Below, in pieces: positions 18,676-29,270 of a DNA stretch of 64,000 nt. Numbering within the stretch: the first letter of the stretch is position 1; each line of letters opens with the position of its first letter. The translations under genes were made by a program, and so were the position numbers. Source of the stretch: Bdellovibrionales bacterium (GTDB lineage Bacteria > Bdellovibrionota > Bdellovibrionia > Bdellovibrionales > JAGQZY01). The notes beneath the pieces were generated by a model. That model saw only the letters and a program-made list of their open reading frames with translations. It did not search any database and was not told the origin of the DNA. The stretch covers positions 1,600,001 through 1,664,000 of the forward strand of contig CAXRHT010000002.1 of assembly GCA_964230645.1 (NCBI GenBank), in the 5' to 3' direction.

Positions 18676-21252
18676 GTGGCGTTTTTATTAGTCTTCTCTA
18701 TTCTGTTTTCAAGTCTCATGGCTTGGGCTGACTCCCCTAAAGATATCGAGAGTATCGAGGTTCTGGGTTCTCGCATGGGCCGCTTTGAGAATGAATCCTT
18801 TGAAACCGACCTTATTATTGACCGAGATGCCATAAAAAAAGCCGGCTATCGACAAGTCTCTGACCTCTTGCGAGATCTTTCATTGACCTCTTTTGGTGCG
18901 GACCGAGAGCTCTCCGTAGAAAGTGGCACGGGCACTGGATCTTTGAGTTCCTCACTAAATGGGCTCTCAGGAGATAAAATTCTTGTGCTACTTAATGGTC
19001 AAAGACTGATGGATACTTTTGGTGAGGGGCTTACTGATATCTCCTTATTCCCTGTGGATTTCATCCAACGAGTGGAGATTTTAAAAGGCACCGCCTCTTC
19101 ACTCTACGGACCTGATGCCATTGCCGGTGTAATCAATATTGTTACTCGAACGGCTGGGGATGGTTTTGAGTTTAATTTCAGTGAACATTTACCCGAGCAA
19201 CCCGGAGGAAGAACTGAAAAGATAAGTGCAAGTTGGGGCACTTTGAAAAACAACTATTCCCTTTTTACGGGTGTGCAGTGGAGAAAGTCACAAGGTATTC
19301 GTAGCCAAGACCGAAGTTTTTCTAAAACCAAACCGAAAGATTTTAGTCCGACCGGAAGCCCTGGTAGTTGGCGTCCTGTGGGTGAGAGTCAATGGAATGC
19401 AGACCCTTCTTGCCCCGATGATTTGATTCTTCCTCCAGACAATCCCGCCGGTGGAGGACGTTGTAGTTTTGATTATTCACAATACTCTGTCTTAACGGCT
19501 GACGTGGAACAGGTTTCTCCTTTCGTTTCTTTTGATGTTAATCTTAGCGATCGGTTGCAGTGGTTTACCAGGGGCCTTTTTAACCACAGAACCAGTCACT
19601 CGACACTAGCACCGGCATGGGGAGGTTTCAGGCAGGCGAGCACGCCTGGGGAAACCAATTATACCATTCCGGCTTCTGTTGCCGCTGATTGGGGTCTTGA
19701 CACCGAAGGGTCGAATATCGAAGTGGCTTATCGCCTCACTGAAGAGGCCGGAGTGCGAAAGCGGGAAATCAAAACTCAGCAATTTTCACTACAGACAGGA
19801 CTTGTATTATCAAGTCTATCCTCTTGGGAAAATCAGATTGTGTTTACCTACAACGAGGCCGAAGTCACTAACACCGGGACATCCGGCTATGCTCTTAAAA
19901 ATCGCCTGTATGATCTGGCAACCGATGATCCTTCTCTTTTCAATCCTTTCGCTCCCAGTAGTAACAAGAGCGATATTTCCACAACTCTTTACACACCTGA
20001 GCAAAGATTCACCTCAACGCTAGGTTCAGCGTCTTACCTGACCACCGCAGAGATTTTGGAAAATTGGCAGGGGCCTGTTTATTTTGCATTAGAGGTATCT
20101 TCCCACTGGCAAAACTTCGAAGCTCGCAGTGATATATTATCGAGAATTGAGGACCCTTGGGGAGAGCTGAGTACAAATAACTCTCAAGGACATCGCAACT
20201 TTCAATCTTTGAGCAATGAATGGCAATTGCAACTTTTAGAAAAACTGTATTCCCAGATAACTCTGCGCTACGACTACTTTTCTGATTTCGGCTCTACTTT
20301 TAATCCCTCCCTAGGTTTCAGCTACAAAATTTCGCCAAGTTGGAGCTTAAGTTCCTCAATCAGTCGTGGTTATAAAGCCCCAAGTCTGCAAAGCTTGAAT
20401 CAAAATCAACAGCAAGGTTTGCAGTTTGGGGTCGATTACACCCAGTGTGAAAATTCAGGAGATCCGGAGAATCCCGCCTGTAGCCGGATTCAGATTCCTG
20501 TGATTTCCGGTGGCAATTCCGATCTTGATGAGACCACCTCGAAGGCTTTTCGCTTTGAAGTAACATATAATAACCAACGAGACACGAGCGTTAAGCTTGA
20601 TTTCTTTAATATCAAACTTGAAGACATTGTCTATGCCCCTTCAATGAGAGATGTGCTAAGAGCTGAAAATGAACGAGGAGCCAACTACCTTTCAGAATAT
20701 GGAATGGAAGTTCGTCGCGATAGCGCGGGAAATATCCAGTCAGTTTTTGCTCCAAATGTTAATCTTTCCCAAAAAGAGGTGTCGGGTTTAAATTTTTCTT
20801 TTCGCACCCATTGGAATTTGAGCCAGAGCTATGAACTTGGGTTTCAGACATTACACTCTCACCTGTTAAAACTAAACACCCAAGTGTTTCCGGGCTTTAT
20901 TTCTGAGGATCGACTGGGCTGGAGCGGATCGCCTCAATGGCGAAATTTAAGCCAACTTTATCTCGCAAAAAATGTTCATCGTATCGAATGGCAGACCGTT
21001 ACAATTGCAGGACAAAGAAAGAATCCATTTATCCCAGGCTGCTGTGGGAGAATCCCCACCTATACGCGACACGACCTCTTTTACAGTCACTATGATCTTC
21101 TCAAATCCACTCTAAGGTTGGGTGTTAGAAATATTCTAGGAACCCTCCCCCCTACTGATGACACCTTCCACGGCCAAGCCGGATACCTCAATACTAATTT
21201 ATACGATCCTAGAGGACGAACCTTCTTTGTCGATTTGCTGGTTCCCTTTTAA
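18676..21252 (+). CDS. TonB-dependent receptor
   Basis: Signal peptide, TonB-box-like ESIEVLGSR, plug motifs LVLLNGQR and RVEILKGTASSLYGPDAIAGVINIV, and a C-terminal GRTFF...F. Confidence 0.9.
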   Translation: MAFLLVFSILFSSLMAWADSPKDIESIEVLGSRMGRFENESFETDLIIDRDAIKKAGYRQVSDLLRDLSLTSFGADRELSVESGTGTGSLSSSLNGLSGDKILVLLNGQRLMDTFGEGLTDISLFPVDFIQRVEILKGTASSLYGPDAIAGVINIVTRTAGDGFEFNFSEHLPEQPGGRTEKISASWGTLKNNYSLFTGVQWRKSQGIRSQDRSFSKTKPKDFSPTGSPGSWRPVGESQWNADPSCPDDLILPPDNPAGGGRCSFDYSQYSVLTADVEQVSPFVSFDVNLSDRLQWFTRGLFNHRTSHSTLAPAWGGFRQASTPGETNYTIPASVAADWGLDTEGSNIEVAYRLTEEAGVRKREIKTQQFSLQTGLVLSSLSSWENQIVFTYNEAEVTNTGTSGYALKNRLYDLATDDPSLFNPFAPSSNKSDISTTLYTPEQRFTSTLGSASYLTTAEILENWQGPVYFALEVSSHWQNFEARSDILSRIEDPWGELSTNNSQGHRNFQSLSNEWQLQLLEKLYSQITLRYDYFSDFGSTFNPSLGFSYKISPSWSLSSSISRGYKAPSLQSLNQNQQQGLQFGVDYTQCENSGDPENPACSRIQIPVISGGNSDLDETTSKAFRFEVTYNNQRDTSVKLDFFNIKLEDIVYAPSMRDVLRAENERGANYLSEYGMEVRRDSAGNIQSVFAPNVNLSQKEVSGLNFSFRTHWNLSQSYELGFQTLHSHLLKLNTQVFPGFISEDRLGWSGSPQWRNLSQLYLAKNVHRIEWQTVTIAGQRKNPFIPGCCGRIPTYTRHDLFYSHYDLLKSTLRLGVRNILGTLPPTDDTFHGQAGYLNTNLYDPRGRTFFVDLLVPF

Positions 21253-21313
21253 CAAAAAACTCATCGACTTTTTAAAGTTAATAATTGATGATAGCCATTG
21301 ATTGTGAGGCCTT

Positions 21314-21826
21314 ATGATACTTTTAGTGGCGGGCTCCACCGGAGCCGGCAAAACAACTTACGCAAAAAAAATAGCCCATCAACGCAAAGCACTCGTCTAT
21401 TCCATAGATAATTGGGTTCAAAAAATATTCGGACCTGATATGCCCGAAGTTCCTGCCCCTCAGTGGTTTTTTGAGAATCAGAACTGGTATGTGGAAAGAC
21501 TCCATCGCTGCGAAGCTATGATTCGTGAGTTGGCGACCGAACGAGCGCAGCTTGGACACAGTAGTATTCTTGATTTGGGCTTTACTACAAAAGAGCATAG
21601 AGTGGCTTTCATAGAATATTTTAAAAAACTTAATATTCGGGTGGAAACTCATTTTTTAGACGTTGCCGCTGAAGAAAGAAAAGCTCGAGTGGAAAAGCGA
21701 AACCAAGAAAAGGGAGACACTTTTGTGATGGAGGTTGATGACTCTCTTTTCAGTTTTATGGAAAGTATTTTTGAACCTCCAACAAAAGAAGAAGGCTGTC
21801 CCCTTAAAGTCATAAAGGAAATTTGA
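21314..21826 (+). CDS. AAA_33-type P-loop kinase/ATPase
   Basis: GSTGAGKTT, ILDLGF, RVEKRN and FEPP. Confidence 0.8.
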   Translation: MILLVAGSTGAGKTTYAKKIAHQRKALVYSIDNWVQKIFGPDMPEVPAPQWFFENQNWYVERLHRCEAMIRELATERAQLGHSSILDLGFTTKEHRVAFIEYFKKLNIRVETHFLDVAAEERKARVEKRNQEKGDTFVMEVDDSLFSFMESIFEPPTKEEGCPLKVIKEI

Positions 21827-21849
21827 GTTAAAAAATCGAGTATGGAGTC

Positions 21850-22455
21850 ATGAGCGAAATTTTTACTTATATTGATTACATTGGAACCATCGTTTTTGCG
21901 ATCACAGGGGCTTCTATTGCCGCAAGATTGGGCTTTGACTTTTTTGGCATGCTCTTTTTAGCTTTTGTAACAGCCGTTGGCGGAGGAACGGTTCGAGACC
22001 TTATAATTTCGGAAACTGTTTTTTGGACAATCGACCCAGTTTATCTCTATTTAATTTTTGGGGCGAGTCTCTCTACCTTTTTCTTAAAAAACTTTTATGA
22101 AAAACAAGCCGCACTTTTGCTTTTCATCGACACTCTGGGAGTGGGAACTTATGTGGTGATTGGTACTCAGAAAACTTTGATGAAAGGTTTCAATGGAGAG
22201 ACGGCCGTTATAATGGGGACGATCAGTGCGGTTTTAGGAGGAATTCTACGCTCCGCTTTTTCTAAGGAGTTTTCAATCCTTGCAAACAGAGAGCTCTATG
22301 CAACCGTGGCAGGGATTGCCGCACTTTTATACGTGGGCCTTTATCACCTTGAAGTCGGTGGCAATGTCAACGCGATTGCAACGATCTCCTCGACTTTTCT
22401 TGTGCGATACACTGCTCTTCGTTACAAAATACTCATGCCATCCGTTAAAAATTAA
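21850..22455 (+). CDS. Trimeric intracellular cation channel family protein (UPF0126/YadS)
   Basis: Duplicated halves with FAITGA, TAVGGGTVRD, GGILRS and ELYA. Confidence 0.9.
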   Translation: MSEIFTYIDYIGTIVFAITGASIAARLGFDFFGMLFLAFVTAVGGGTVRDLIISETVFWTIDPVYLYLIFGASLSTFFLKNFYEKQAALLLFIDTLGVGTYVVIGTQKTLMKGFNGETAVIMGTISAVLGGILRSAFSKEFSILANRELYATVAGIAALLYVGLYHLEVGGNVNAIATISSTFLVRYTALRYKILMPSVKN

Positions 22456-22472
22456 CTTAAAGGGAAAGACCT

Positions 22473-22913
22473 ATGAATTTCGCGCAATTTTTGGAACAGA
22501 TCTATGGTGTAAAACCAAAACAACCGGATCAATTTGGCGATTGGCTGGGATACGAAATTCAAAGTGTGGACCGTAACAAAAACGAAGTTACGACTGCTCT
22601 TACTGTTCGGGCCGATCATCTTTCACCCAGTGGCGCAGTTCACGGCGGAGTGATTTCCGGTTTTCTTGATTTTAGTTGTGGCTGTGCCGTATTTTCGACT
22701 GTAGAGAAACATGAGCTCTGCTCCACCGTTGAACTTAATGTAAAATATTTTAAGCCATTGAAAAAAGGGCATAAACTTATGGCTAATGCTCGCGTGGTAA
22801 ATAGAGGAAAAACCCTCTGCAGTGTGCTAGCAGAACTTTATTTAACCGATGACATTAAGCACCCTGTGGCGATGGCAACAGGCACTTTTAATATCTACGA
22901 GCGAAAATCTTAA
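22473..22913 (+). CDS. PaaI-family thioesterase
   Basis: GAVHGGVISGFLD and TVELNVKYFKP (hotdog fold). Confidence 0.9.
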   Translation: MNFAQFLEQIYGVKPKQPDQFGDWLGYEIQSVDRNKNEVTTALTVRADHLSPSGAVHGGVISGFLDFSCGCAVFSTVEKHELCSTVELNVKYFKPLKKGHKLMANARVVNRGKTLCSVLAELYLTDDIKHPVAMATGTFNIYERKS

Positions 22914-22935
22914 ACTCATAGGAAAGAGACCTCTA

Positions 22936-23307
22936 ATGAAATTGACCCTTCTCGACGGTATTTATTGCGTTTGCCGTCTACCGCCTCATGAATCCATCCC
23001 CGATAATATTTTGCAAAGTACTTTTTACTCGATCTCAAAAACTACAGATGAGCTCTCAATAGTTTGCCTGGAAAATTTAGCTCCACAGCAGGCGAAAATA
23101 GAGAAATCTTGGTCAATTATCCAAGTTCAAGGTCCCCTTGATTTTAGTCTCACCGGAATTCTCGCCTCTTTAGCCACACCTCTGGCTGAAGAAAAGATCA
23201 GTCTTTTTGCCATCTCAACCTTTGATACTGACTATATACTGGTAAAAAACAAAGACATAGATTCTGCGAAATCTGTCCTACAAAAAGCTCAGTTCAAATT
23301 TGTTTGA
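22936..23307 (+). CDS. ACT-domain protein (CASTOR-like ACT_3/ACT_7)
   Basis: TTDELSIVC, GPLDFSLTGILA and FAISTFDTDYILVK; start moved to ATG 22936. Confidence 0.9.
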   Translation: MKLTLLDGIYCVCRLPPHESIPDNILQSTFYSISKTTDELSIVCLENLAPQQAKIEKSWSIIQVQGPLDFSLTGILASLATPLAEEKISLFAISTFDTDYILVKNKDIDSAKSVLQKAQFKFV

Positions 23308-23403
23308 AGATAGCAAGACTCCCTCTTGTCTACTTCCCGCACACTAGAGAAGATTTTTCAATTCCCCTTAAATCACAGACTTTATTTTCGTAGGATCAGG
23401 CCT

Positions 23404-24786
23404 ATGCTAAAAAGCCTTCAACTTTTATTGTTTTTACTCATCATGGGTGAAAGCTCCCGAGTATACGGAAACCTACAATGTCTTTCCTTGTTTCAACACG
23501 TAAGTGCTTTAAAGTATTTTACTCCCGGGTACGCCCTTCCTGATATTCGGTGGCGGCCTCCTTATACAAAAACAGCCCTTCCCTTTCAAATGAGTCAAAA
23601 TGGTGATTTTGCCCTGATCAATGGACTCGAAAAGGGTCTTCCAACTTTAAGACTAAACAGCAGAGAGCAAGGCACTCGTTCCGTTTTAAAAATTGTTGGA
23701 AATCCAATAATATTCTCTGATTTTATCTCCTGGAGTGAAGAAAAAGCCATCCTTGTAAATTATATTCCCGAGGGTGAAAACACTCCGATTACTGAAATAT
23801 ATGACTTCACTGGGAGTAAACTCCATAATTTGGACTTTTCTGACCTCACACAGGCACTTGGGCCCCGAGAGCTTTTTATCACTGAACTTTCCATGCACTC
23901 TCAAAGTGGAAACCTCATTGCAACTCTGGCAGGCCGTGAGGTCTTTACTATTTCTCAGCCCTCAGGAGAAATAACCCCTAGGCTTTCGAGTAACGAACTC
24001 CCCTTTACTCATTCAGTCTCCCTTTCTCATCGGCGAGACTACTCTGTTGAAGCCCTAAAGAGCAACGAGCACGAGGGAGTGAAAAAAATAGATTATACCA
24101 AAGAAGGTCAGGTCCTTTTTTCTTGGGTCCCAGAGAACGCGGGCGGAGTCAAAAATTACGACTTTGCTGCTACCCAAGACTTTCTCGTTTCTCCCATTTT
24201 CTCCTGGGATCCAACGGGACGGCGTATCCTCACCTTAGACAAACAAAGCGGTGAATTTGTAGTTCATGACTTTGAATCGGAGACGGTTGTGATCGAAAAA
24301 CCTCCAATGGTGGATTTAGCTGTGCTCAGACCAAAAATACCCACCGTAGCTCAAGCTCGTTTTTTAACCCGAGACTCTTTAGTCATCATAAAGCAAACCG
24401 ACCGTGGCTATCCTGACACTGGCGAAGACCAGACGCCGGGTAACACGCCTCGAAAACTAGAATTGGAATTCGTAGTCACCCACTTGGGTGAGGATTCTCA
24501 AGCTTCGCAACGAGCCTCTGTATTGATTGATTATAATCAACAACCACATCATGGCATTGAAAAAACCTTCTGGCTCCCAACTTCTCAAAAAATCGTGGGA
24601 GTTTTTGGAGATAGTGTGGTGGTTTATGATAAGGAAACAAATACCGCTGAAAGAGTCGATCAGCCAGACTCTCAAATGGATCGGTCCCATAAACCCCGCT
24701 TTCGTATTCTATTTGCACGCCAAGTTGGAAATAGCGAGATTGAAACTTTTGATCTTGCGCGCGGAAGGCGACTATGGAGATTTTAA
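23404..24786 (+). CDS. Hypothetical secreted protein, possibly a beta-propeller
   Basis: Long ORF with a signal-like N-terminus and beta-rich segments such as FSWDPTGRRILT. Confidence 0.6.
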   Translation: MLKSLQLLLFLLIMGESSRVYGNLQCLSLFQHVSALKYFTPGYALPDIRWRPPYTKTALPFQMSQNGDFALINGLEKGLPTLRLNSREQGTRSVLKIVGNPIIFSDFISWSEEKAILVNYIPEGENTPITEIYDFTGSKLHNLDFSDLTQALGPRELFITELSMHSQSGNLIATLAGREVFTISQPSGEITPRLSSNELPFTHSVSLSHRRDYSVEALKSNEHEGVKKIDYTKEGQVLFSWVPENAGGVKNYDFAATQDFLVSPIFSWDPTGRRILTLDKQSGEFVVHDFESETVVIEKPPMVDLAVLRPKIPTVAQARFLTRDSLVIIKQTDRGYPDTGEDQTPGNTPRKLELEFVVTHLGEDSQASQRASVLIDYNQQPHHGIEKTFWLPTSQKIVGVFGDSVVVYDKETNTAERVDQPDSQMDRSHKPRFRILFARQVGNSEIETFDLARGRRLWRF

Positions 24787-25772
24787 AGTTTAGCGGAAAA
24801 GGTCAGCACGTTCTCCACTCGGCGACTATGGGAATAGGGAGAGAACATATAAGGAATCGCTTCTAAATTCTGCGCGCAAAGAGTGAAACCCTTTTTTTTG
24901 ATAATATGCAGAGCCTCTTCTGTGCTATAGCAAAGACGAAGCTGGTCTGAATTAAAACCAAGAGGACCGTAATTAACCCACTTTGTTTTTTCATTACTGA
25001 TTTTTTTTATAACTTCACAGGTGTCAGCTAAATCCATATCAATGACATCGATCAACCAAGGCGTCAGAATCATATCGTAGTCTTCATTAGAAAAATCGTG
25101 AGTCCTAGCATCAGCTAAAAGAAATTCAAAGTGATCGTAGGCTTTAGGTGCTTTGAGTTTTTGAATCATTCCCACATAATCCTTACTAGCCGGCATGTAG
25201 GGAAATTCCACCATTTCTATTTCTTCGCCCTGGATAATGCGTTGGCTCGCCATTAATAAAAGAGGATTGATGTCAACGAGCTTGATCTTCTCTAATTGTA
25301 GAGCCTCATTCAAGTCATAGGCTAACCGCCCCGCTCCACTGCCTAGGACCAACAGACTTTTTGGCTTAAATCCCTCCGGTAGAATATTGAGAACTTTTTC
25401 ACAGGCTCGTTTGTTTTCTTCTTCCCCCCAAATCCAGTCGCGAAAGAGATAATCATAATTAACAAGCATCATACTTTTTTCTGGGTTATTCGAAACATAC
25501 TGGGCGTATTTCTGATCTTGTACAGATGCCCAACCAAGAGGCTTAAGAAACTCACTTAAATACACTAAATGAGTCTCAGTCATTTCAAGGTGGCGTTTTA
25601 ATCGATCCCTAGTAAGCTTCATCATATTTGAGATCTGCAATTGCTCTTTGATGCGATTGCGAATTTGGGAGTAATTGCCGATCGCTTTTAAGGACTCAAA
25701 GGCCCATTTGACCTTGGTTTCGTCGTTGTCCGCAAAAGAAATAGAAATTCCATCCAAGCTGTCTTTAGGCAT
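24783..25772 (-). CDS. Class I SAM-dependent methyltransferase, carnosine N-methyltransferase (N2227)-like
   Basis: FRDWIWG, LVLGSGAGRLAYDL, TPWLID and WVNYGPLGF parallel N2227 motifs. Confidence 0.7.
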   Translation of the reverse strand: MPKDSLDGISISFADNDETKVKWAFESLKAIGNYSQIRNRIKEQLQISNMMKLTRDRLKRHLEMTETHLVYLSEFLKPLGWASVQDQKYAQYVSNNPEKSMMLVNYDYLFRDWIWGEEENKRACEKVLNILPEGFKPKSLLVLGSGAGRLAYDLNEALQLEKIKLVDINPLLLMASQRIIQGEEIEMVEFPYMPASKDYVGMIQKLKAPKAYDHFEFLLADARTHDFSNEDYDMILTPWLIDVIDMDLADTCEVIKKISNEKTKWVNYGPLGFNSDQLRLCYSTEEALHIIKKKGFTLCAQNLEAIPYMFSPYSHSRRVENVLTFSAKL

Positions 25773-25811
25773 AAAGACATTATAGGAACTAATGGAGGCT
25801 TTTCAAAGCCT

Positions 25812-27548
25812 TTATTCGGAAACTCTTTTCAAGCGGAACTGTTTAGAGGCAGGCACTCTCAAAAGCAATTCCTTGAGAGACCCACCCTCTTCATTTACGG
25901 ACACACGCATTTGTTCAAGCTGACAACCGTCTGCTTGCACATCAGGAGCCTTGCTGTAAACGAACTCGTAAAATGTTGTCACAAAGCAGCGCTCTGCCGC
26001 ACCACTTTCGGCGATAGCGTGACTGTAATCAACGGGAGAACTAAAGGTTTGCCCCACTGTTTCCGGTGTAATTCTTGGTTGCACAAAGGAATCAACGGGA
26101 TGCTCCTGCAGCAAAGTACCACTTTCTGGATCGAAGATTTTTTCATGCAAACGGAAGCGCCCAAAACTGTCGTAGTTCTCAAGAGCAAAGCCTGTGTCAT
26201 TGATCTTGTCGTGGCAGACCATGCAACTCTCATGACTTGTTTTGTTGGCCACCCGCTGACGTGTGGTCTTATGTTGATCAAAGGGTATCGCTCGTAACTC
26301 AAATATTTCTGCTGGAGGCGATGGTAGAGGATCACACAAAAGATCGTGTCGTATATGTATACCTCGAGTGATTGGTTTTGATAAACTCCCTTGGTTAGCA
26401 AGAAAAGCCGCTCTAGTTACCAGTCCCGCCCTTTGCCCCTCAGGAAATCGAACAAGATTGTTAGCAGAACCATCCCATACAGGAACGCCATAGACTTTCG
26501 CTAAATCCTCATCGATAGCAAATGAGATATCAGAGGTGAAAAGATCGGAATATTTTCCTGGATTGGTAAAAGTATAATACTCCACCATTTCATGAATTTC
26601 GTTGCGGACACTTTGCCTTGTTAAACTGTCACCAGCGGCGTAGTTTTGCATAAGGGTATTGGCCTGGTGATCTGGTAAAGTTAGCTCATCAATTTTAAGC
26701 CATTGATCAAAAAAGCTTTTCATTAGTCCCGACATCTCACCGCGATGGGCCTGCTGATCGAGTCTTTTTAATTCTGCTTCAACTCCTGCTTGTGTGGCTA
26801 ACTTTCCACTGTCGGCGGCCGCTAAAAGCTCATCATCGGGCATAGTGTCTAGTAGAAAATAAGAAATTCGGCTGGCTAAGGCGTGATCTGTAATCTCATG
26901 CAGCCCTCCACCTAAATCTTTTTTGGTGTCTTCAATATGCATAAAAAACTTAGGGCTTGCTAACATGCGAGCGATCAACCATTTCGCGGTGGAGTCGGTG
27001 TAGGAAGAAAGATCATTATTAAGATCTTGAACTTCTTCTGTGGATAGGGGGCGTCTAAAAATTTTCTTACCCATTGTGCTGGCGAATTGATTCACACAAG
27101 TGGCGTTTACTTCACCACCCACTGCACATTCACCGATGAATTGTCTCAGGCGGGTATTATTGGCCACGATATAATCACTGTAGGCTAAACTCACCTCAAC
27201 AATGGCGTCAGTCAGCTGCTGAGAAACGAAATTGGAGTTCTCACTAAAACGACTATCTATATTTGTATCATCTGGGATAAGATCAAGCTTATTGCTTAAG
27301 GCAGACATTAAGCCTTGTTGATCACTGGAACTTAAAACTTTTCCGAGGTCTTTTAATGTATTGATATACTCCCTTTTAGTCAGTCGACGGGTATTTGAAA
27401 CGGTCGGCAGAGCTGTGGGATCACATTGGAATTTCTCTTGAGCACTTGAGAAGCCCTCATGAAATTTCTCGTTCATTACAAAACCACCGCAGTTTTGATA
27501 AAGGGGCAAAAGTAAAATGAGTAACAGTAGATTGTACTTTCTAAACAT
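25812..27548 (-). CDS. DUF1587/1595/1592/1588-type protein with a c-type heme motif, probable lipoprotein
   Basis: YQNCGG, RRLTKREYINTLKDL, FRRPL, LASRISYFLLDTMPD, RAGL, PITRG, CMVCH and GFALENYD; GGGAG RBS before ATG 27548. Confidence 0.85.
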   Translation of the reverse strand: MFRKYNLLLLILLLPLYQNCGGFVMNEKFHEGFSSAQEKFQCDPTALPTVSNTRRLTKREYINTLKDLGKVLSSSDQQGLMSALSNKLDLIPDDTNIDSRFSENSNFVSQQLTDAIVEVSLAYSDYIVANNTRLRQFIGECAVGGEVNATCVNQFASTMGKKIFRRPLSTEEVQDLNNDLSSYTDSTAKWLIARMLASPKFFMHIEDTKKDLGGGLHEITDHALASRISYFLLDTMPDDELLAAADSGKLATQAGVEAELKRLDQQAHRGEMSGLMKSFFDQWLKIDELTLPDHQANTLMQNYAAGDSLTRQSVRNEIHEMVEYYTFTNPGKYSDLFTSDISFAIDEDLAKVYGVPVWDGSANNLVRFPEGQRAGLVTRAAFLANQGSLSKPITRGIHIRHDLLCDPLPSPPAEIFELRAIPFDQHKTTRQRVANKTSHESCMVCHDKINDTGFALENYDSFGRFRLHEKIFDPESGTLLQEHPVDSFVQPRITPETVGQTFSSPVDYSHAIAESGAAERCFVTTFYEFVYSKAPDVQADGCQLEQMRVSVNEEGGSLKELLLRVPASKQFRLKRVSE

Positions 27549-27559
27549 CGACATCTCCC

Positions 27560-29044
27560 TCACCCCCCGTTCCACAGGAAAGGAAGAGGATGTTGAGCCA
27601 TTTGAGTGACTGAGTTAGCGTAACTATGGCCTTTTCCGGCAGGCAAAACTCCACTGTAGGCAAAATTACCGTTGGCTGCGATATCGGCAGGAGAAAGGCC
27701 CATCGCCTGCATTATCGAAATGAGGAGCTGGTTATAATAGACTCCTCTCCCGCTGCCATTGACTCTTTTTCTATAATCAACATAATGTCCCGTTCTTAGG
27801 GAGCCACCTCCCGAACCAATTGTCACCATGGGTAAATGATACTGTTTGTGGGCTCCGGAATTGACACCTCCAAAGAGCACAACCGAGTTATCAAGGAAAG
27901 TTCGACCACTGCCCTCATTGGTGTCTAATTTTTGTAACAGAGGCACCATAATCGTTTCTACGATAAAACTCACATTATCAGCGACGACCTCTTTATGGTT
28001 GTAAGGAGCATCATGGGGATCGTTGTGGGACCAGTCGTGCCAATTGCTACTGGCATCTTGAGTTCCGGGCGCTCTTATGGCTGCTACCTTCGTTCGTCCA
28101 CACTTCATTCCCGCTGCTAAAATACTTGTATAAAGATCAAAAAACTGTTCACGCTCAGTGTTTGTTGAGCTTCCTCTTAAAGAAAGATCAGCTGGGAGCC
28201 CCCCCTTACCAGCACATTGCGCCACCGAGCTATTAAGCTTTTGCTGCAACTCGTGCACCTCATCGGCAAAACTTTCAACCGTGCGGATGTTTTCTGTACT
28301 GATATCGCGTCGGGCTTTAATCGAGTTTAAGTCACCAAGAACTTGATCCACTAAAGTCTTTTTGTTCGCCGCACGCGCCATCTCTTGCGGATCACTATCA
28401 TCAACGTCGCCACCGAAAAGGGAATTCCAAAGCGAGCGCAGATCGTTTTGCTGTGATACCCCTTTTGTTCCTTCACTGGGGTTACTTGGGTTGACAAGTA
28501 CTCGACTAGAAGCCGAACCATAAACTACCGATCTTGCTGAAGGCACTGTGGAATAAACTTTATTGTGAGCCGCTAAATATTGATCCACTGATGCCACATG
28601 AGGAAATTCAAGTTGGGAGTCTCTTGTTGGAGCTCCACTCCATTTTTTACGCAGCTGATGAAACTGCCCTAAGAAAGTGTAATCTCCATGGTTGCCCTTA
28701 TAAGTAGGCATATCCATGCCACGAATGACATTCATTTTTGAAATAAAAGGATTGAGTCCTGAGGAAAGCATTCTGGAAACCTCAGGGCGCCCACCCAGAT
28801 CGAGAGGACTATGATAAAAAGAATGACCATAATCTCCAGAGACTTCGGTACTCGCATCGTTAGCGGGATAAAATAAGGAACTGGAAATATTACCATGGGG
28901 GAGGTAAATACTAATAAACCTGGTATTCTGAACCGACTGAGCGAAAGCTTTCTGCGGAATAAGGGAATCGAGAAATGGAAGAGCTAATGCAATTTTTCCC
29001 GTACCTAATAAGAAATGTCTCCGACTGGACTTACAAAAATACAA
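27560..29044 (-). CDS. DUF1552-family protein with a Tat signal
   Basis: SRRHFLLGTG...LPFLDSL, RFISIYLPHG, SVDQYLA, WHDWSH and TFLDNSVV. TTG 29044 has a GGGGG RBS; the alternative start is 29062. Confidence 0.85.
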   Translation of the reverse strand: MYFCKSSRRHFLLGTGKIALALPFLDSLIPQKAFAQSVQNTRFISIYLPHGNISSSLFYPANDASTEVSGDYGHSFYHSPLDLGGRPEVSRMLSSGLNPFISKMNVIRGMDMPTYKGNHGDYTFLGQFHQLRKKWSGAPTRDSQLEFPHVASVDQYLAAHNKVYSTVPSARSVVYGSASSRVLVNPSNPSEGTKGVSQQNDLRSLWNSLFGGDVDDSDPQEMARAANKKTLVDQVLGDLNSIKARRDISTENIRTVESFADEVHELQQKLNSSVAQCAGKGGLPADLSLRGSSTNTEREQFFDLYTSILAAGMKCGRTKVAAIRAPGTQDASSNWHDWSHNDPHDAPYNHKEVVADNVSFIVETIMVPLLQKLDTNEGSGRTFLDNSVVLFGGVNSGAHKQYHLPMVTIGSGGGSLRTGHYVDYRKRVNGSGRGVYYNQLLISIMQAMGLSPADIAANGNFAYSGVLPAGKGHSYANSVTQMAQHPLPFLWNGG

Positions 29045-29270
29045 GAACGAACCCCCAAACAATTAGAGTTTTACCACTCTTTTATTATCGGTCCGTTCTC
29101 GCCAAATGAAAAATTGCAGTCTCATTTTGACTTATATAAAAAGTCACCTGTGCTTAAATTCTATTACAACTTGGAAATATTCGTTAATGTGCGAAATCTA
29201 TACAGTTATTCGATATTATAATTTTTAAATTCTTGAATTGAGATGGAGAGCCTAGACGGTAAGAATCTTC

